From Kudoa neothunni (lineage: Eukaryota; Animalia; Cnidaria), in contig OZ199838.1 of the NCBI GenBank assembly GCA_964304625.1, forward strand, positions 13,413,945 through 13,477,944: a DNA stretch of 64,000 nucleotides. Direction: 5' to 3'. Below, in pieces: positions 1 to 12,800 of the stretch. Numbering within the stretch: position 1 is the first letter of the stretch; each line of letters starts with the position of its first letter. The notes under the pieces were generated by a model. That model had not been told where the DNA came from. It did no database searches and saw only the letters and a program-made list of their open reading frames with translations. The position numbers and the translations under genes are program-made.

Positions 1-548
1 ACTTCTATTACCAGTGGTTTCACTTGCCAATTTATTATAATGCTATTACGAAAATTGGTTAAAATATAAAAATTCCAGAAAGAAAGTTACAGTTGGTGTG
101 AATTTTGCGAAAGACGATTCAGCGGTGTGAGCACCAGTACCAGTGACGTTGCCAGTTGCTGTTTTTGACGATGACGACTACATACACTAAATTTTTGTTT
201 CTAATACTAAACATACAACGATGGTGGTCTGACATACACCAGCCACAGATGGTTTTGGTGTTGATGGCTGTACAAATATACAAAAAAGATGATTAACATA
301 GATAGCATTACTTTAACTTTTTTATGACAAATTGGTTTGGATTCGGTAACTGCAGATGTAGTATCATTAGGTGAATCCACCAGTGAAACTTTGAACCCGA
401 AATCTGTTTTGTTCATCTATAGAAAACATAAATTAGTTAAAGCCGGTATAAATATGAAATATGACAAGGATATTTTGATTACTTGTTGAATAAATTTTTT
501 TGAGGGGGGTTTTTTGCCCCTTGGTCTAGGTCTTTGTTTTAAAGCGTC
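1..548 (-). CDS. Multi-exon hypothetical Ser/Thr/Pro-rich protein (partial; runs off the window start, 5' end not resolved)
   Basis: In-phase GT-AG exons 548-483 (DALKQRPRPRGKKPPSKKFIQQ) and 416 to about 312 (MNKTDFGF...), followed by further short exons (PSTPKPSVA; SSSSKTATGNVTGTGAHTAESSFAKFTPT). No family recognised. Confidence 0.4.
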
Positions 549-1156
549 CTAGTCCGAAAAACTTATAAACAATAGTTCAAAAAGGATAAAATAAATAATT
601 CTGAGATGATACACGAACTCTCATACAACTCAGAATTATATTGCTTCAGGAAGCAACAACAATTGCAATAAATGAATAACAAATTCATATTTCACATTTC
701 AAATTAGCTTAGGTAATAGCCGATTCTATTGTTAATTCGTCAAAATAGCCATACCATTATTCAACTGACTATTGACTGAGCTCTAACAGTATCAACCAAC
801 CCACTGTAGATTTATCATAAAATCACTTCAGTACCAATAAGACATAAATAAACAACTAATTCAAACAACAGAACTATACAAAAAACCTTATAGATGTGGA
901 GTATTCACACGACTATAAATCGTTCACTTAAATCTGCTTAGTACTAATTCCACTTAATAATTACACCTTTGCATACGATCAACATGGGGATGAATTCACA
1001 CGCAACTTGACCAGCAAACAAATAACACCAATATCATATCTAATTATCTAATATAAAAATCCCTATCTGTCCTTTGAGAAGATAGATCTAATTTTTGGTA
1101 TGTATTATGGAAACACATTTCAACAGGCAGTCGTTGCCACACAGAGACAGAGAATA

Positions 1157-3349
1157 TCACTGAGCATAGAACAACGAATGTAGGATAATTGCAGTAGCTG
1201 ATAATCCTAGATTTATACAGATTAACAATATAAAAGAGTTTATATCACCGATTCGAACAACAAAATAATATCACACGTATAAACAACCTACCAAGAGCTT
1301 TTATAAATTGAACAGGTAGATTTCCATACATAAACAATGGCAAGGTTGATCCAGCCAATATCCAATATTTATCTTTTTGCTCCTCCGCATCAACTAGATA
1401 CAACAGATAAAATAAAGATGGTTTCGATAGTAAATTGTGAAATTTAATCACATCGACACTATCGAAATACATCGTCGTCTTCAATAAAATTCCACATCAT
1501 AATTCATCCGTAATGGCAGAGACGTGTGTATTTAAATTTAGAACACAACAATGTTTATTACAAAGGTCAAAAGGACAGATTACTGAATCCTTATTTAGTT
1601 AATACGTTGCATATACAATTTGATTGCATAATTTATTTGGACATGACATTTTATTCCATTTTTTGGAAAAATTTTCAAATGAATAATTACTTAACAGATT
1701 TAATTAAGATTAATATTTATGGAGTTGTGAGTTTGTAATTCCTAATGACAGACATCACGTGATTTCAACAATATATTTTGTTATTTCTACAGCATATATT
1801 GGTCGATAACGTTTTTATTACAAACTATTTACTATTAGAATTAAAAAAAGAAAATACAAATAATGGCTATAAAAAATTAGGATAACTTTTGAAGTAAACC
1901 CTACGATTTCTAATCATTGTAAATATATATATTTTTATTAATTCGGATTTGAATTAAATGTGGTGAAACTTAAGTCAAATTAAAAAATACTATAAAAAGT
2001 CAAGGGCCTAAAAGTATACATCCAAAATTTTCCATCTCCACAAGACCTTAGACAATCCCTAAGTAGTGTACTCCTTATCCTCTTTAAGGATAGACAAGGT
2101 CGACTGTCTATTGCATTTCGTTAATGTATATTCTGTTGTTAATTAAATTATTTTGCAAGTATTTTCGTTATAGTTATTGGGATAAAAATTTTAGATATTT
2201 ATCGAATTAACATTGGATTTTGTAAATGATGGTCACCTATCGAAATATTACCTAATTCAGATGTGGTTATAATATCGAATTAATTGAGCATGCCTATTGG
2301 CACGGTAAAGAATGTTCATGTGTCTATCCTATCATCGACTATATTCAATTCTATCTAACTTTAAAAGCGGAGCGATGAGCTGAAAATAATTAAATATAGC
2401 AGATTCTAAAACATTAAGTATGTACAGAGCTTGCGAATAAGAGTTGCTGGGATTAAAATTTCTGTCGCGCGTGCGTACATACCGCTTAACATTAAAATTT
2501 AAGATGCCAATCGCTTCTGTAAACTGAATACAAAATGGCGTACGCACATCCCGTCTAAAATCTGCATTCACCATTCGTTGTGAATTTGGTACGTTAAAAG
2601 AACTTGAGAAACGATTACTGTAACACAAGGTCCGAACCGGGATTCGAACCTGGGTTATTCGAATTAAAAAGCGGTGGTTGGCGGACTACAACCCTTTAAT
2701 CCGCATGTTACAATTACAGTTGATTATTTAATATCAACAAATTGAAATAAAACAACGACAACTAAATATACTTAATATCGAGCATAAATAATTCGATCTG
2801 ATTTAGACATAATAAACTTTCTGCTCACGCCACATACATATAATGAATTTAAAATGGATGAATTAATCTGTAGAATTCACTCGATTTTAATAGATAACAG
2901 TCATGTAACATAGAAGAATATACTTGCATAGTAACCAGCAATAGCGCTTGCGAAACCCAATAACAGATAAGGATTGACAATACTACACAGATACAAATCA
3001 TTCACAACCAACCACCAGTCATAAAATCGTACATTGCGTAACAGGATATTCCAGCTGTGATAACAAAATAGTTGTTCCTAAATCGAATAATATTTGTTGT
3101 GAATCTGGTAATTGCTTCAGTTGTGGAGGATGGAGGAGAAAATGATTTCGAATTAGCAAATTGCCTCCACGAGCAATCTTTTTTTATGAAGGATTTGGCA
3201 ACGTCTACTCTTTTGGTTATTTCAGTTGTATCGACCTTGCGAAGGTTTGTTGCGTATCTTTTCAATGAGGAGTTCGTCCATATGGAGCTTAGATTATTAT
3301 TATTATTATTATTATTAGAAGTATTGGTATTTTGGAGGCTTCCGTCCAT
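1157..3349 (-). CDS. RABAC1: PRA1 family protein (prenylated Rab acceptor 1 / Yip3-like)
   Basis: Exon 3349-3033 carries the PRA1 signature SWRQF..SFSPPS...ITRF..NI..FRNNY. Exon 2982-2924 reads IIVNPYLLLGFASAIAGYYA. After an intron of about 1.5 kb, exons 1393-1292 and 1206-1157 give KYWILAGSTLPLF...ALGLSATAIILHSLFYAQ*, matching the PRA1 C-terminal TM pair with its conserved His. Splice phases are compatible. Confidence 0.8.
2628..2686 (-). pseudogene. tRNA-derived fragment (3' half, Gln-like) inside the PRA1 intron
   Basis: Minus strand reads ...AATTCGAATAACCCAGGTTCGAATCCCGGTTCGGACCT: a B box/T-arm plus an acceptor-stem 3' strand. No recognisable D-arm or A box. Confidence 0.45.
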
Positions 3350-3991
3350 TTTTTCAGACTAATCAATATTTAAAGCGTGGATTTGTGATCCTAAAAACCT
3401 ACCTACCTACTATAAATGCAAAATTAATCTCTGATTATATTTATCACAGACACTAAATTATGTATCGATAATTCAATGGTTGTCTTAATATGATCTCATT
3501 AGACTACAACCAACCGAATCAGATTACCAAATTCACAGAAATTACTGTGACCGACTTGCGCATTCACTCAATAATCCTATTAAGAAAGGCCCTGTAATCA
3601 CGGTGACATCGGTAGATATAATCCCTTCGTTCGGGCTAACCCGGTTGATATCGAAATATTCTTCTTTGAAGCCATACCATAGTCTTATTGAAAAATAATT
3701 TTTAATTCAATCTATCATATTTATTTTTCATCAGGATATGGCACATTCGTCCATTATTACCATTTTTGTTAGGTTTCAAAATAATAAATTTAATAATTAT
3801 TTTTTGCAATAACAAAAATATAATATATGCATTTAATTGAAAAAAGTGGTAATGGGGGAGTGTGTGGCTCTCATTTTTCTCCCTATGCGCATGCTAGACA
3901 ATCCCGATTTTATTTTAACTCGATTATTCGCTATTATGAACCTATGGCTGAATAACAATTAGCCTCGTAATTCATTCCTGAAATCTATCTA

Positions 3992-4192
3992 CAGTGTGCA
4001 ACCGCTAATACGCACCTTCATTGATACGACGTAATTAAAGTTTATACTGGATGAAACGTTTCATAATATTTTTGTGATTGTAACAAGGTAAAAGTTTTAA
4101 AAATATTTTTGCATTAAACTAGGAAATTTCCAATCTGTTATATCACGTGACTAGCAGATAATATGCAATTTTTCTGGCCACACCACGTAGAT
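3992..4192 (-). mobile_element. Truncated pogo/Tc1-type MITE end (same family as 43361-44029)
   Basis: TA followed by CAGTGTGCAACCGCTAATACGCAC. About 200 bp align to the reverse complement of 43830-44029. Cut off by the hAT element at 4193. Confidence 0.7.
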
Positions 4193-5945
4193 CAGTGTTT
4201 CCCAACCTTTTTTTCGATCGCGTCCCACTTTGTCTTGGAAATAAATTCCGCGCCCTACCTTTCTCAAATGTAGGGGTTAAGATCGGTTCGATTTTTGACA
4301 AAATTGAAACCGATTTTGAAAATTTATTTTTTAATTAATATAAATTGGCTTTTATTATTAATTAATACAGCCTTAAAAAAGTGAACTCGTTTTCGCAAAA
4401 GTAAAACGACAAAAAAGGTTGTTGAATGACGTGTTTTAACCGGGAACAAATTTTGTATTTAGTATTACAGGAATTGTATCTGGTATTTGGAGCTATTTTG
4501 TTAGACTTTTAAATAAAAGAGAAAAATGTAATAAATGTGACTTCGTACTCACCAATACAATCGAGGATTTCTTACGTGTTGACGGAACCATTTCAGACAT
4601 TTTAATAATGTAACTTATCAAACGTTGCTTTGCATTAAACATCATTTGGTCCGATATATTTATGTTTTTAAGCTTCGATTCAAACATTTGTATAAAGAAT
4701 ATTTTCTACAAAGACTGTAAATTTGGAGCTGAAGATGCATTTAATTTAATTTAATTTCATTGAATTGAATTGAATGAGCAAATCCAAAATTATGAACCTT
4801 CCGAATCTGAGGTAAATTTATACAATTTGATAAATTACATGCCATGACCAAAAAGAACAAAATATTGTTCGCATTTAGTGAAATTATAAATTTTATTAAT
4901 CTCGGTGTGGTGTCAGATCATTTAGAAAGGGTTCGTAAAACTCTAATGTTAGATCCACGAGTATTGACTCAGACAGATGTTTTACCTTATACAACCGTGC
5001 TATTTCCCCATCAAGAACAAAATTGAGCGACTCGAAACTTGAAACCATTATGTTTATTCATGAAAATAGAAATAATTAAATTGAAATTCGAGACATGAAA
5101 TCTTTTATTATGTGTTTGAAACAATTTGATCGTAAAAGATTTATGATCGTTGTTCAATACAGTAAAAAATAATTTGAACTAATAAAATTAATGAAAACAA
5201 TTAAAGGTAATATCAAATTTAGTTCAATTGTAAAATAATTCAAAATTTTGTTTCAAAGTGCATATTTAAACAAAGAACGACTAAATATAAGAATTCAAAC
5301 AATCACATTTTTACGTATTTTTTGCATGAAAAAATTGACATTGATAATTGGAAACATTATTTACAAAACCGAAAACCGATTTTAGAAACTGAAACCGTAC
5401 CGTCTTAACCCCCTACTTAGATGTATTGATTTGTTAACTTAACTGCTTATAATCTTGAATCAAACTTCATGTCACATTAAAATTATAAAATGACAAATAT
5501 ATATTTCTTTTTCATTAGAATTAAGATGTATTCGATCAGATCTAATTTAATTTATAGATGGACTTTAAAAATTAACATTGTTACTTCTTCATTCAGTCAA
5601 AAACCGCGTTAAGTGAAACTATTGGTAATCCAACCCGCATCAGGCAAAACTTTTCTGTATTCGGGGCTTATGAACCGAAATTAAATAATTAATATTGAAA
5701 ATTAATCGATATTGTTTTAAGATATTCACATTTGCTTAAAAATAAAAAATATCAAAAATCGAAGTATTTATTTCAATGGGCGCCACGCTGCCCAATTATC
5801 TCACCATTATCCACGTCACACCAATGCCCAGGGTTTTCCACGTCCTACAAGAGCCGTTCATTAAACGCTCAAAGATTTCCATACCCCACCAAAAATTTTC
5901 CACACCCCATCGGTGGGGCGTCGCCTCCCACGTTGGGAAACATTG
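4193..5945 (+). mobile_element. Non-autonomous hAT (Charlie-type) element, copy 1, with a nested hAT
   Basis: TIRs CAGTGTTTCCCAAC / GTTGGGAAACATTG. The body is homologous to 60842-63460 in the opposite orientation. Confidence 0.8.
4271..5415 (+). mobile_element. Internally deleted hAT element with a dimerisation-domain remnant
   Basis: TIRs TAGGGGTTAAGA / TCTTAACCCCCTA and a degenerate 8-bp TSD (CTCAAATG / CTTAGATG). About 4960-5070 translates SIDSDRCFTLYNRAISPSRTKLSDSKLETIMFIHEN, the hAT C-terminal motif. The empty site is present in copy 2 near 63412-63420. Confidence 0.75.
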
Positions 5946-6525
5946 ATCTATATGTTTGCATAAATTTTCAAATCAAACCAATCATTCCAATGAAAAAGTT
6001 TTTACTCATTTTGTAGGATGCAAAACTCTATAATTTTTTTGTATTTTTCTGTGTTAAGGTAAAATTTTATCTTTCCACATGTGTACTCAAATGGAGCGAT
6101 ATGTCTCTCTATAAAGAATGAAAAACGCGTACAAACAGACACACACGGATTTCCGGCTTGCTTTATATAGTAGATGTATGATTATAAAATTGAAATCAGA
6201 TCTTATTGAAATCAACCAAAGACCCCTAGTATAACAACCGCTGTTTTATATGTTTAATAAAAATATTTCACCATCTAAAAATAAATCGGTTTTATAATTT
6301 CTTTCTCTGAGAAGGAGTGTGAAATCGAACTCATAAATGTTAAGTGGTAAGGTCGCGGAGATTAAAACAAATCGAGAAACGTTGCTGTAAAGGAAGAAGT
6401 GTTCGCGCCAACAACAAAATGCACAAATTGTAAGTAAACGCACGCAGCAAAGAAATAAAATCCAAAAATTTACAAAATAATATACAAACTAAAAGTTGTT
6501 AGGTATGTGGAAGATATCCAACCAA

Positions 6526-8122
6526 TTATTTTATGATAAAATAATTGTCATCGATTTTCTTTATTTTACCCAAGTATTGTAATGTGGTAATTATATCAAT
6601 TTCAGCGATGCCAAGATCGGTAGAAATATCTAAATTGGGGATATTATTGGTGAGAACAGATTTATAACATGAAAATCAATCCAACAGTTAATCTAATAGC
6701 GAATAATAAGATTACCTTTGATGGATATTTTGGAGTGGATTCGGCGGGTTTTAAGATAATCATTCAGTACTCTCCACCAATAACTGCGAAAAGCAATCAA
6801 TCCAGTGGTGGAAAGAGGTTTCTCAGGAGAGCCAATAACTCCCAGTGATTTTGCTATTCGGTAGCTGTAATCGATGAGAAAGCTGCCGTGACCTTGTTTC
6901 ATATGAGGAGGCAAAATAAACAGACAAGACATTGTGTGATTTAATTCAAGATCTTTATCGCGTGAAAAATAACCAACTAATTCTTCTCCATTGTTTCCGT
7001 CGTTGGAGGTGATTGTTAGAACATAGAATATAAAATGATCGACTTCATGGTAGGCCACTTTACCACTGATGAAAAACATAGCCAACAAACACAGATTTCT
7101 GCAGTAATCGGCTGCACCAGATTTTCCATCTATCTCGTAGACGGTACGGTTGCCTTGGCGCTTTACCACTTTACCAGGGGGTCTCACTATCGGGCATTTG
7201 GTGTAGTGTCGTCGAAAAAACGATCCCGGTCGTAATCCAACCAAACACCTATCACATATGTGTATTCCACCATCGTGTGAAATGCGTTCTTGCGGATAGA
7301 ATGATTTGTACCATGTTTCAAAGCGATATCTACATGAGGATATGAAATAAACCAGAGACAATAACTTCGAAACAATACCTTCCTATTTCGATATATTGAA
7401 CCATAAATGACAAACTTAAGGTGCTTTCAGTTGAATTCGACCTGGAATTAGAATTGTCATTTGAAGAAGTTGACATTGGCTTATTGGAAGTTTTATTGGT
7501 GGAACAATGACTCAAAATGCCTGTTGAAGATGTATCTGTATTCGAACTATTGTTGAACACATCATCGACATTTGACATCTTCAGTGCTTTATCAAATAGG
7601 GATCTATGATCGAAGTTTAATTGATCCGCTGATCGTTTAATTTTTGTTGTTATTGGTTGGCTATTAAGTAGTTCATGTTGGGACTTTTCCGTTGAAATCC
7701 CATCTCCATTAACATTGTCATTATTATCACCACTGTCACCGGTATCATCGATATCATTAGCATGAACCCACACATTGTTACTGTTGCCGCCGCTGCTGCT
7801 GTCGTTGTTATTTTTCGGAGTAGATGTAAATGAAGAAAATGTTGATAGTATACGTTTAGTAAATTGTTTGAAAGCACCTATGCTATTTTGCCCAGTCGGA
7901 CGACTTGTGTTGATGGCATTTAGCGTGGGAGAATTCTCCCTACAAGTTCTCATTGGGAGAGAACTTTCATTGGAATTGAGTTTTCTGTGGAAGTAATCAT
8001 CGATTCTAGATGAAATCACATGGTCATCCAAACACCCATTAAATCACTCACCTCACAGTCAAATTTTGATGGTAAAACAGTTTAAGGTCAATGTCTTTTT
8101 TGCTCGGAATAATATCAAGCAT
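6526..8122 (-). CDS. Divergent MYST-family histone acetyltransferase
   Basis: Exons 8122-8052, 8005-7379, 7329-6716 and 6629-6526 are joined in frame by GT-AG introns of 46, 49 and 86 nt. MYST motifs: IEIGRYRFETWY, C2HC finger (CDRC...HYTKC), YCRNLCLLA, VGYFS, SCLFILPP.MKQGHG.FLIDYSY, GSPEKPLS..GL..FRSYW, ISIKDIS...DIITTLQYL. Confidence 0.9.
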
Positions 8123-9836
8123 ATTAATCAGCCAAATTGTGTTTTAATCAAGTGCTCACAAATTCAATACAACAATTCCCACAATGTGCGTCCTACCGAA
8201 ATAATATTATTGGAGATGAATTTTGACTATAACCAAATAATCGACAAATTACAGCGTTTACAATGAGTTATTATCTCGCACGATTGCCCGTGTTACTGAT
8301 TGTCGGACCTTGACGGCAACCTTTGGTATTGCGATTATCAGTTCCGTGCTACTACGATAATGCAATGGCGCGCACATACTAAATTTTCGTAAGTAATATT
8401 TTGACTCGGATTGAATATCGATTCAACCGATTAATTAGCACGAATACATCATAGCCAAAATTATCAAAACGTTTGTGATTTTTATTTAATATTTTCTGTA
8501 TTATTAGATGGTTATTTGCATTCAAAAGTTGTGTATTGTGGCAACCTTGCGACTTCCGAAACACGTATTGCGCATGTCCGCTATTGATTAAACGGCGTTT
8601 TTTGCGTTGTGTAACACTTTCAATAAACAACCCATGATCATATTGCAATTAATGTAGTTTTTTTAATATAAATATGTTTGGAATAAAACTGGAATTATCA
8701 TTCTAAATATGATTTATTATAAATTTAAAGATGGATTACCATTCGTGGAAAGTAATTAGGAGTCGGTTTATCTAATCGCTTGGGGGTCTAATTGGATTGC
8801 CGAAAATCATCTCCTAATAGCAAAATGCCTTTATTCATGTGATTAATTTCATGGAAGACCATTATTTTGTATTAAAATTTTGTCGGCATAAACAACTCAT
8901 CACGTTTGCCTTGGGGAAATATATTTGATGGATAAGCCACGCATACAATGTTGTTGTGAGCTGCAGGGTGGCACATTGTCCGACGTCGGGCAACATTAAA
9001 TTAGATCAAGACAAAAGCTAGTCGGACAAACATTGTTAACTCTCTAACGGACTTTGGTCTTTTAGACCCTAAAACGATTTTAATTTATCCATAGAATATT
9101 TAATAATTATCTGGATTACTTAAAATTTCTTCTATTCTCCTAAACTATTTTAATAAATAGATTTATAAAATTTTGTATGTATAATATTGATTATTTCCTA
9201 TCAAACAAAATTTTGACTCTCCAACGGGCTTTGGGGTAAAAAAGACCCCAGATTTTTGTTGATTTAATGTACGTAGAAAATTATTATAAGATGATTTGAA
9301 AATTTTATAAAAAATCAGCCGAATAAATACTGAGGAATTCAACAATTATTAATAAGATAATCCGCAAAAATCCGATTAAGATGTAAATCGCAACATGTCG
9401 TCAGCCATCGGTTGAATGAATACTGTAAAGTCAATGTTTATTAGCCAAATTCAAACAAAATTAACATATTACCTGCATGTGCTAGCGATAAATAACCGCC
9501 TACAAAACAAGTTATAGATAATTTAAGCCTTAGGTCGTATATAAGAGTTAACGCGAAATATACACCAATTTTATTGTTTACTGCGCACATTGAGATAATC
9601 ATGACACCATGTGAAGATTTTAGCGATGAGTATCAACGCTCAAGTAGCGACATTGATGAAACCGTTCTTGAATATTCTGAATCCTCGTCCTGGGCCAACA
9701 GCTTATTGCATACAAAGAGTTAAAAACGTGTTGGACTGTTTTTATATTCTTCATTGATGAAATTTGTCAGGAAATAATAAAACAAACAAACATGCGCGGG
9801 AAATTACATTTTGCTGATTTATAGAATGATTTAGAC

Positions 9837-12800
9837 CAAGGGTCTCCAAGGCGGTCGATAATTATGCTAAGGGTCGATACGTGTTATAGAGATTCCACTG
9901 AATTTTATGGACTTTTAACCCTTTCACGTCTGAATTTTTATTTATCGACGAAAAAAATAGATATTTAAATAAGTAATTTTAACATAAAAACGATAGTTAC
10001 CTCCTAAAAATACTTTTAAAAATTTCATAAAAAGGGGTACTAGACGTTGTTCCGTATACTGGACATCCGGCATTCGTGGACCGGAATTTGTGCGCATGAT
10101 AGAAATCGAACGGAATTGTATAAATAACAAAAAACAGCTCATAAAATATAAATTAGTTATTGTGATAAATGTAGAAACAATTTCTCCCGTTCACAAGACA
10201 GCATGAAGCATTACATTTCAAACATACTACTTAGGTATTTCTTCCGTAAATTTTACATCTTCTCGGAAATGAAGTTACTTCAGGCAAGTGACCTATATTA
10301 TCAAATCTTATTTGATCGGATAATGAAATGTATTTTTTCCGTGGTAATTTAATGTTTTCGTTGGTATTGTTTGGAGTGGGATCAAAATTTGGGCGGCCTC
10401 GTTTACGAATTTGTCTGGATAATTGATTTTTATATAACAGTGATTCACAAATTGAGTATGTAAAGGATAGCAGATCAAGAGTTTCCGCTTTTGATGTATT
10501 GCGCATTTTGCACTGTCTTCTATATAGCAACCATGAATTGGTTATCGCCGTATTGATACCCCAAAAAAAATTCGCATGTAGAATTTTCTGCACTTGTGAC
10601 TTAATCTATAAAGTGACATTAATATGTCAGACAGGTCAACACCTCCCTTATTCTTGTTGTATTCTGATACGACAGCTGGACAATCTACTTTAACTCGCTT
10701 CTTTTAGCGCCTATCAAATCTGAATAAAGTTGTTAAAGGTTCAATAGCAGAATGAGTTGATGATAACGTCACGACAGAACCATTGTACCATCGAGTCAAC
10801 ACTAAACTTTCATTTAAACTTTTGGCAAAATCAAAAGCACCACGTTCTTTCTTCATTAGCTCTTTTTTGGAAGCAAAGGACATCCTTTAATTCGATTATT
10901 CCGGATGATTCCCACAGAATAAATGCCTCTTTTTTTCAATATTATTTGCATCTTGAATGACATAAACCAATTATCAAAGTACATTAGAAAATTTCTGTTT
11001 CTAGGAAGATGCTCACATAACTTGATCACATAATTTCCAGAACTTAAGCCACAACTTTCAGCGACCATAGGAGGTTTACCGTCATAAAAACTAAAGTTAT
11101 AAACCATCCCATTTCTTCCACATAATGCAAAAACTTTAAACCCCCATTTTGTAGGTTTATTTGGGGTATATTGTTTTGCTCTATATTTACCCTTGAATGG
11201 AATCATCTGTTCATCCACCGAATTGATAGTTTCGGAACTGATTTTTAAAAACGACATTCTCAAATGTTCCAAAATGGGTTGAATTTTTGCAAATCGATCG
11301 AAGCATCGAGAAGATTGATCATTTGTAATATTTTCGTTGTTGTTAAAATGTAAATATTTTGATATCTGCTCGAATCTACCTCTCGAAAAGACATCAGAAA
11401 TGGGGGGGGGGGGATAATTAAAATATTTAGACCAATAACATCTGTAACGAGGCATTCAAACAATCCCCATCAAGATCAGAACTCCACGGTAGCTTTCGAT
11501 TTCTGGAACAGAGGTTCTAAAGTTAGAATTATTCTGGATTGCGTATCGATTTGATTCGACAACAATCAATTCAAACAGTTCATTATCGAATAATCTATTA
11601 AAATAATCGATGGGATAAATTAACCTGTTTAGATTTTCAAAATGATCGTTATCGTTGGATAATTCCTGTGGTAAACTTATGTTGCTCAAGGTTTTTTTCC
11701 ATTTTATTTCTGAGTTAATTTCGGAATCAATTTCAGTGTCGGAATTATCTGATGACACACATTCTTCTCTTTTCATACTTGATGATATAATTACTGGATC
11801 GTCGTCAGAATACGTATCTGGTTCAGATATGTCAGCATCGAGTAGAACAATGATTTCTGATAGTTCGTTTTCATTTCCATCATTATTAGTCTGAACGTCA
11901 TGATCCATTGTGGCTAATCCAAATCCAGTCCACGAGTGCCGGATGTCCGGTATACGGACACGTGTTTAACACTGTATTATTTCAAAAATCATGCACCTGA
12001 TTCGTTTATAAATCTATCTACTTAATGAAATTGATTATTTGCACTACGTCAAATTTTTATTTTGGTAAATCATGAAAACCCTAAATGTTATGATCAAATT
12101 CTTTTGAATGCTACAATGGTATGGTGGTTCTAACTTTAAATGCCTAATTTAATGATTATAATGTTTAGTAATACATGTGAAATCTATTAATAAGAAACAA
12201 TTACTTTAATATATTATACCGATATTTATCACATTACGAAATTTCGCTTAAGTAAGTTTCAGAATTAGAGACAAGTTGCTGTCCTGTATACCGGACATCC
12301 GGCACGAAAGGATTAAGGTATTGCTTCCCATCTCCCTACTTCATTATTTAGTTGTATTAATTGATATTACACCATGACATTTATTTTTATTTTTAAGTTA
12401 AAATCAAACGCAACCTTTCTAAATTATGTAATTCAATGTTTTTCATTTATATAGAGATACTTTGTAGCCCTACATAAAAATTAATGAATACACTGGCTTT
12501 ATTTTTATTAAACATTAACGATCAACAGCATTGATTGTTAATAACAGTTTGTAAAATAATAACGATAGTTTATATTAAGTTTATAATTGATTAAGAAGGA
12601 TACGTCTAATTTTAAAATTGATTCGAATCGTAATTGCAAAAGCTACGAAAATAAATTTAATAATCGGAAAGTGACATTGAACCCCTACGGACACTTCAAA
12701 ACTCTTCAAGCGCCCTCAAGCTAAGGAATATAATCTTAGGGTAAACATTAAGATATTATTATTAACTTTTCTATATATGTGTAATTTAATCCTAAAATCT

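Noticed and set aside
760-1160. Non-standard genetic code suggested by frequent TGA in exon-like segments
   Set aside because: TGA at 1159-1157 is the natural PRA1 stop, and the well-resolved host genes translate under the standard code.
7330-7378. Apparent frameshift between the two MYST ORFs
   Set aside because: A 49-nt GT-AG intron joins them in frame (IGR|YRFETW).
8560-8585. NRF1-like GCGCATG promoter motif upstream of MYST and PRA1
   Set aside because: The motif is short and also occurs inside transposon ends in this window, so it cannot be supported as regulatory.
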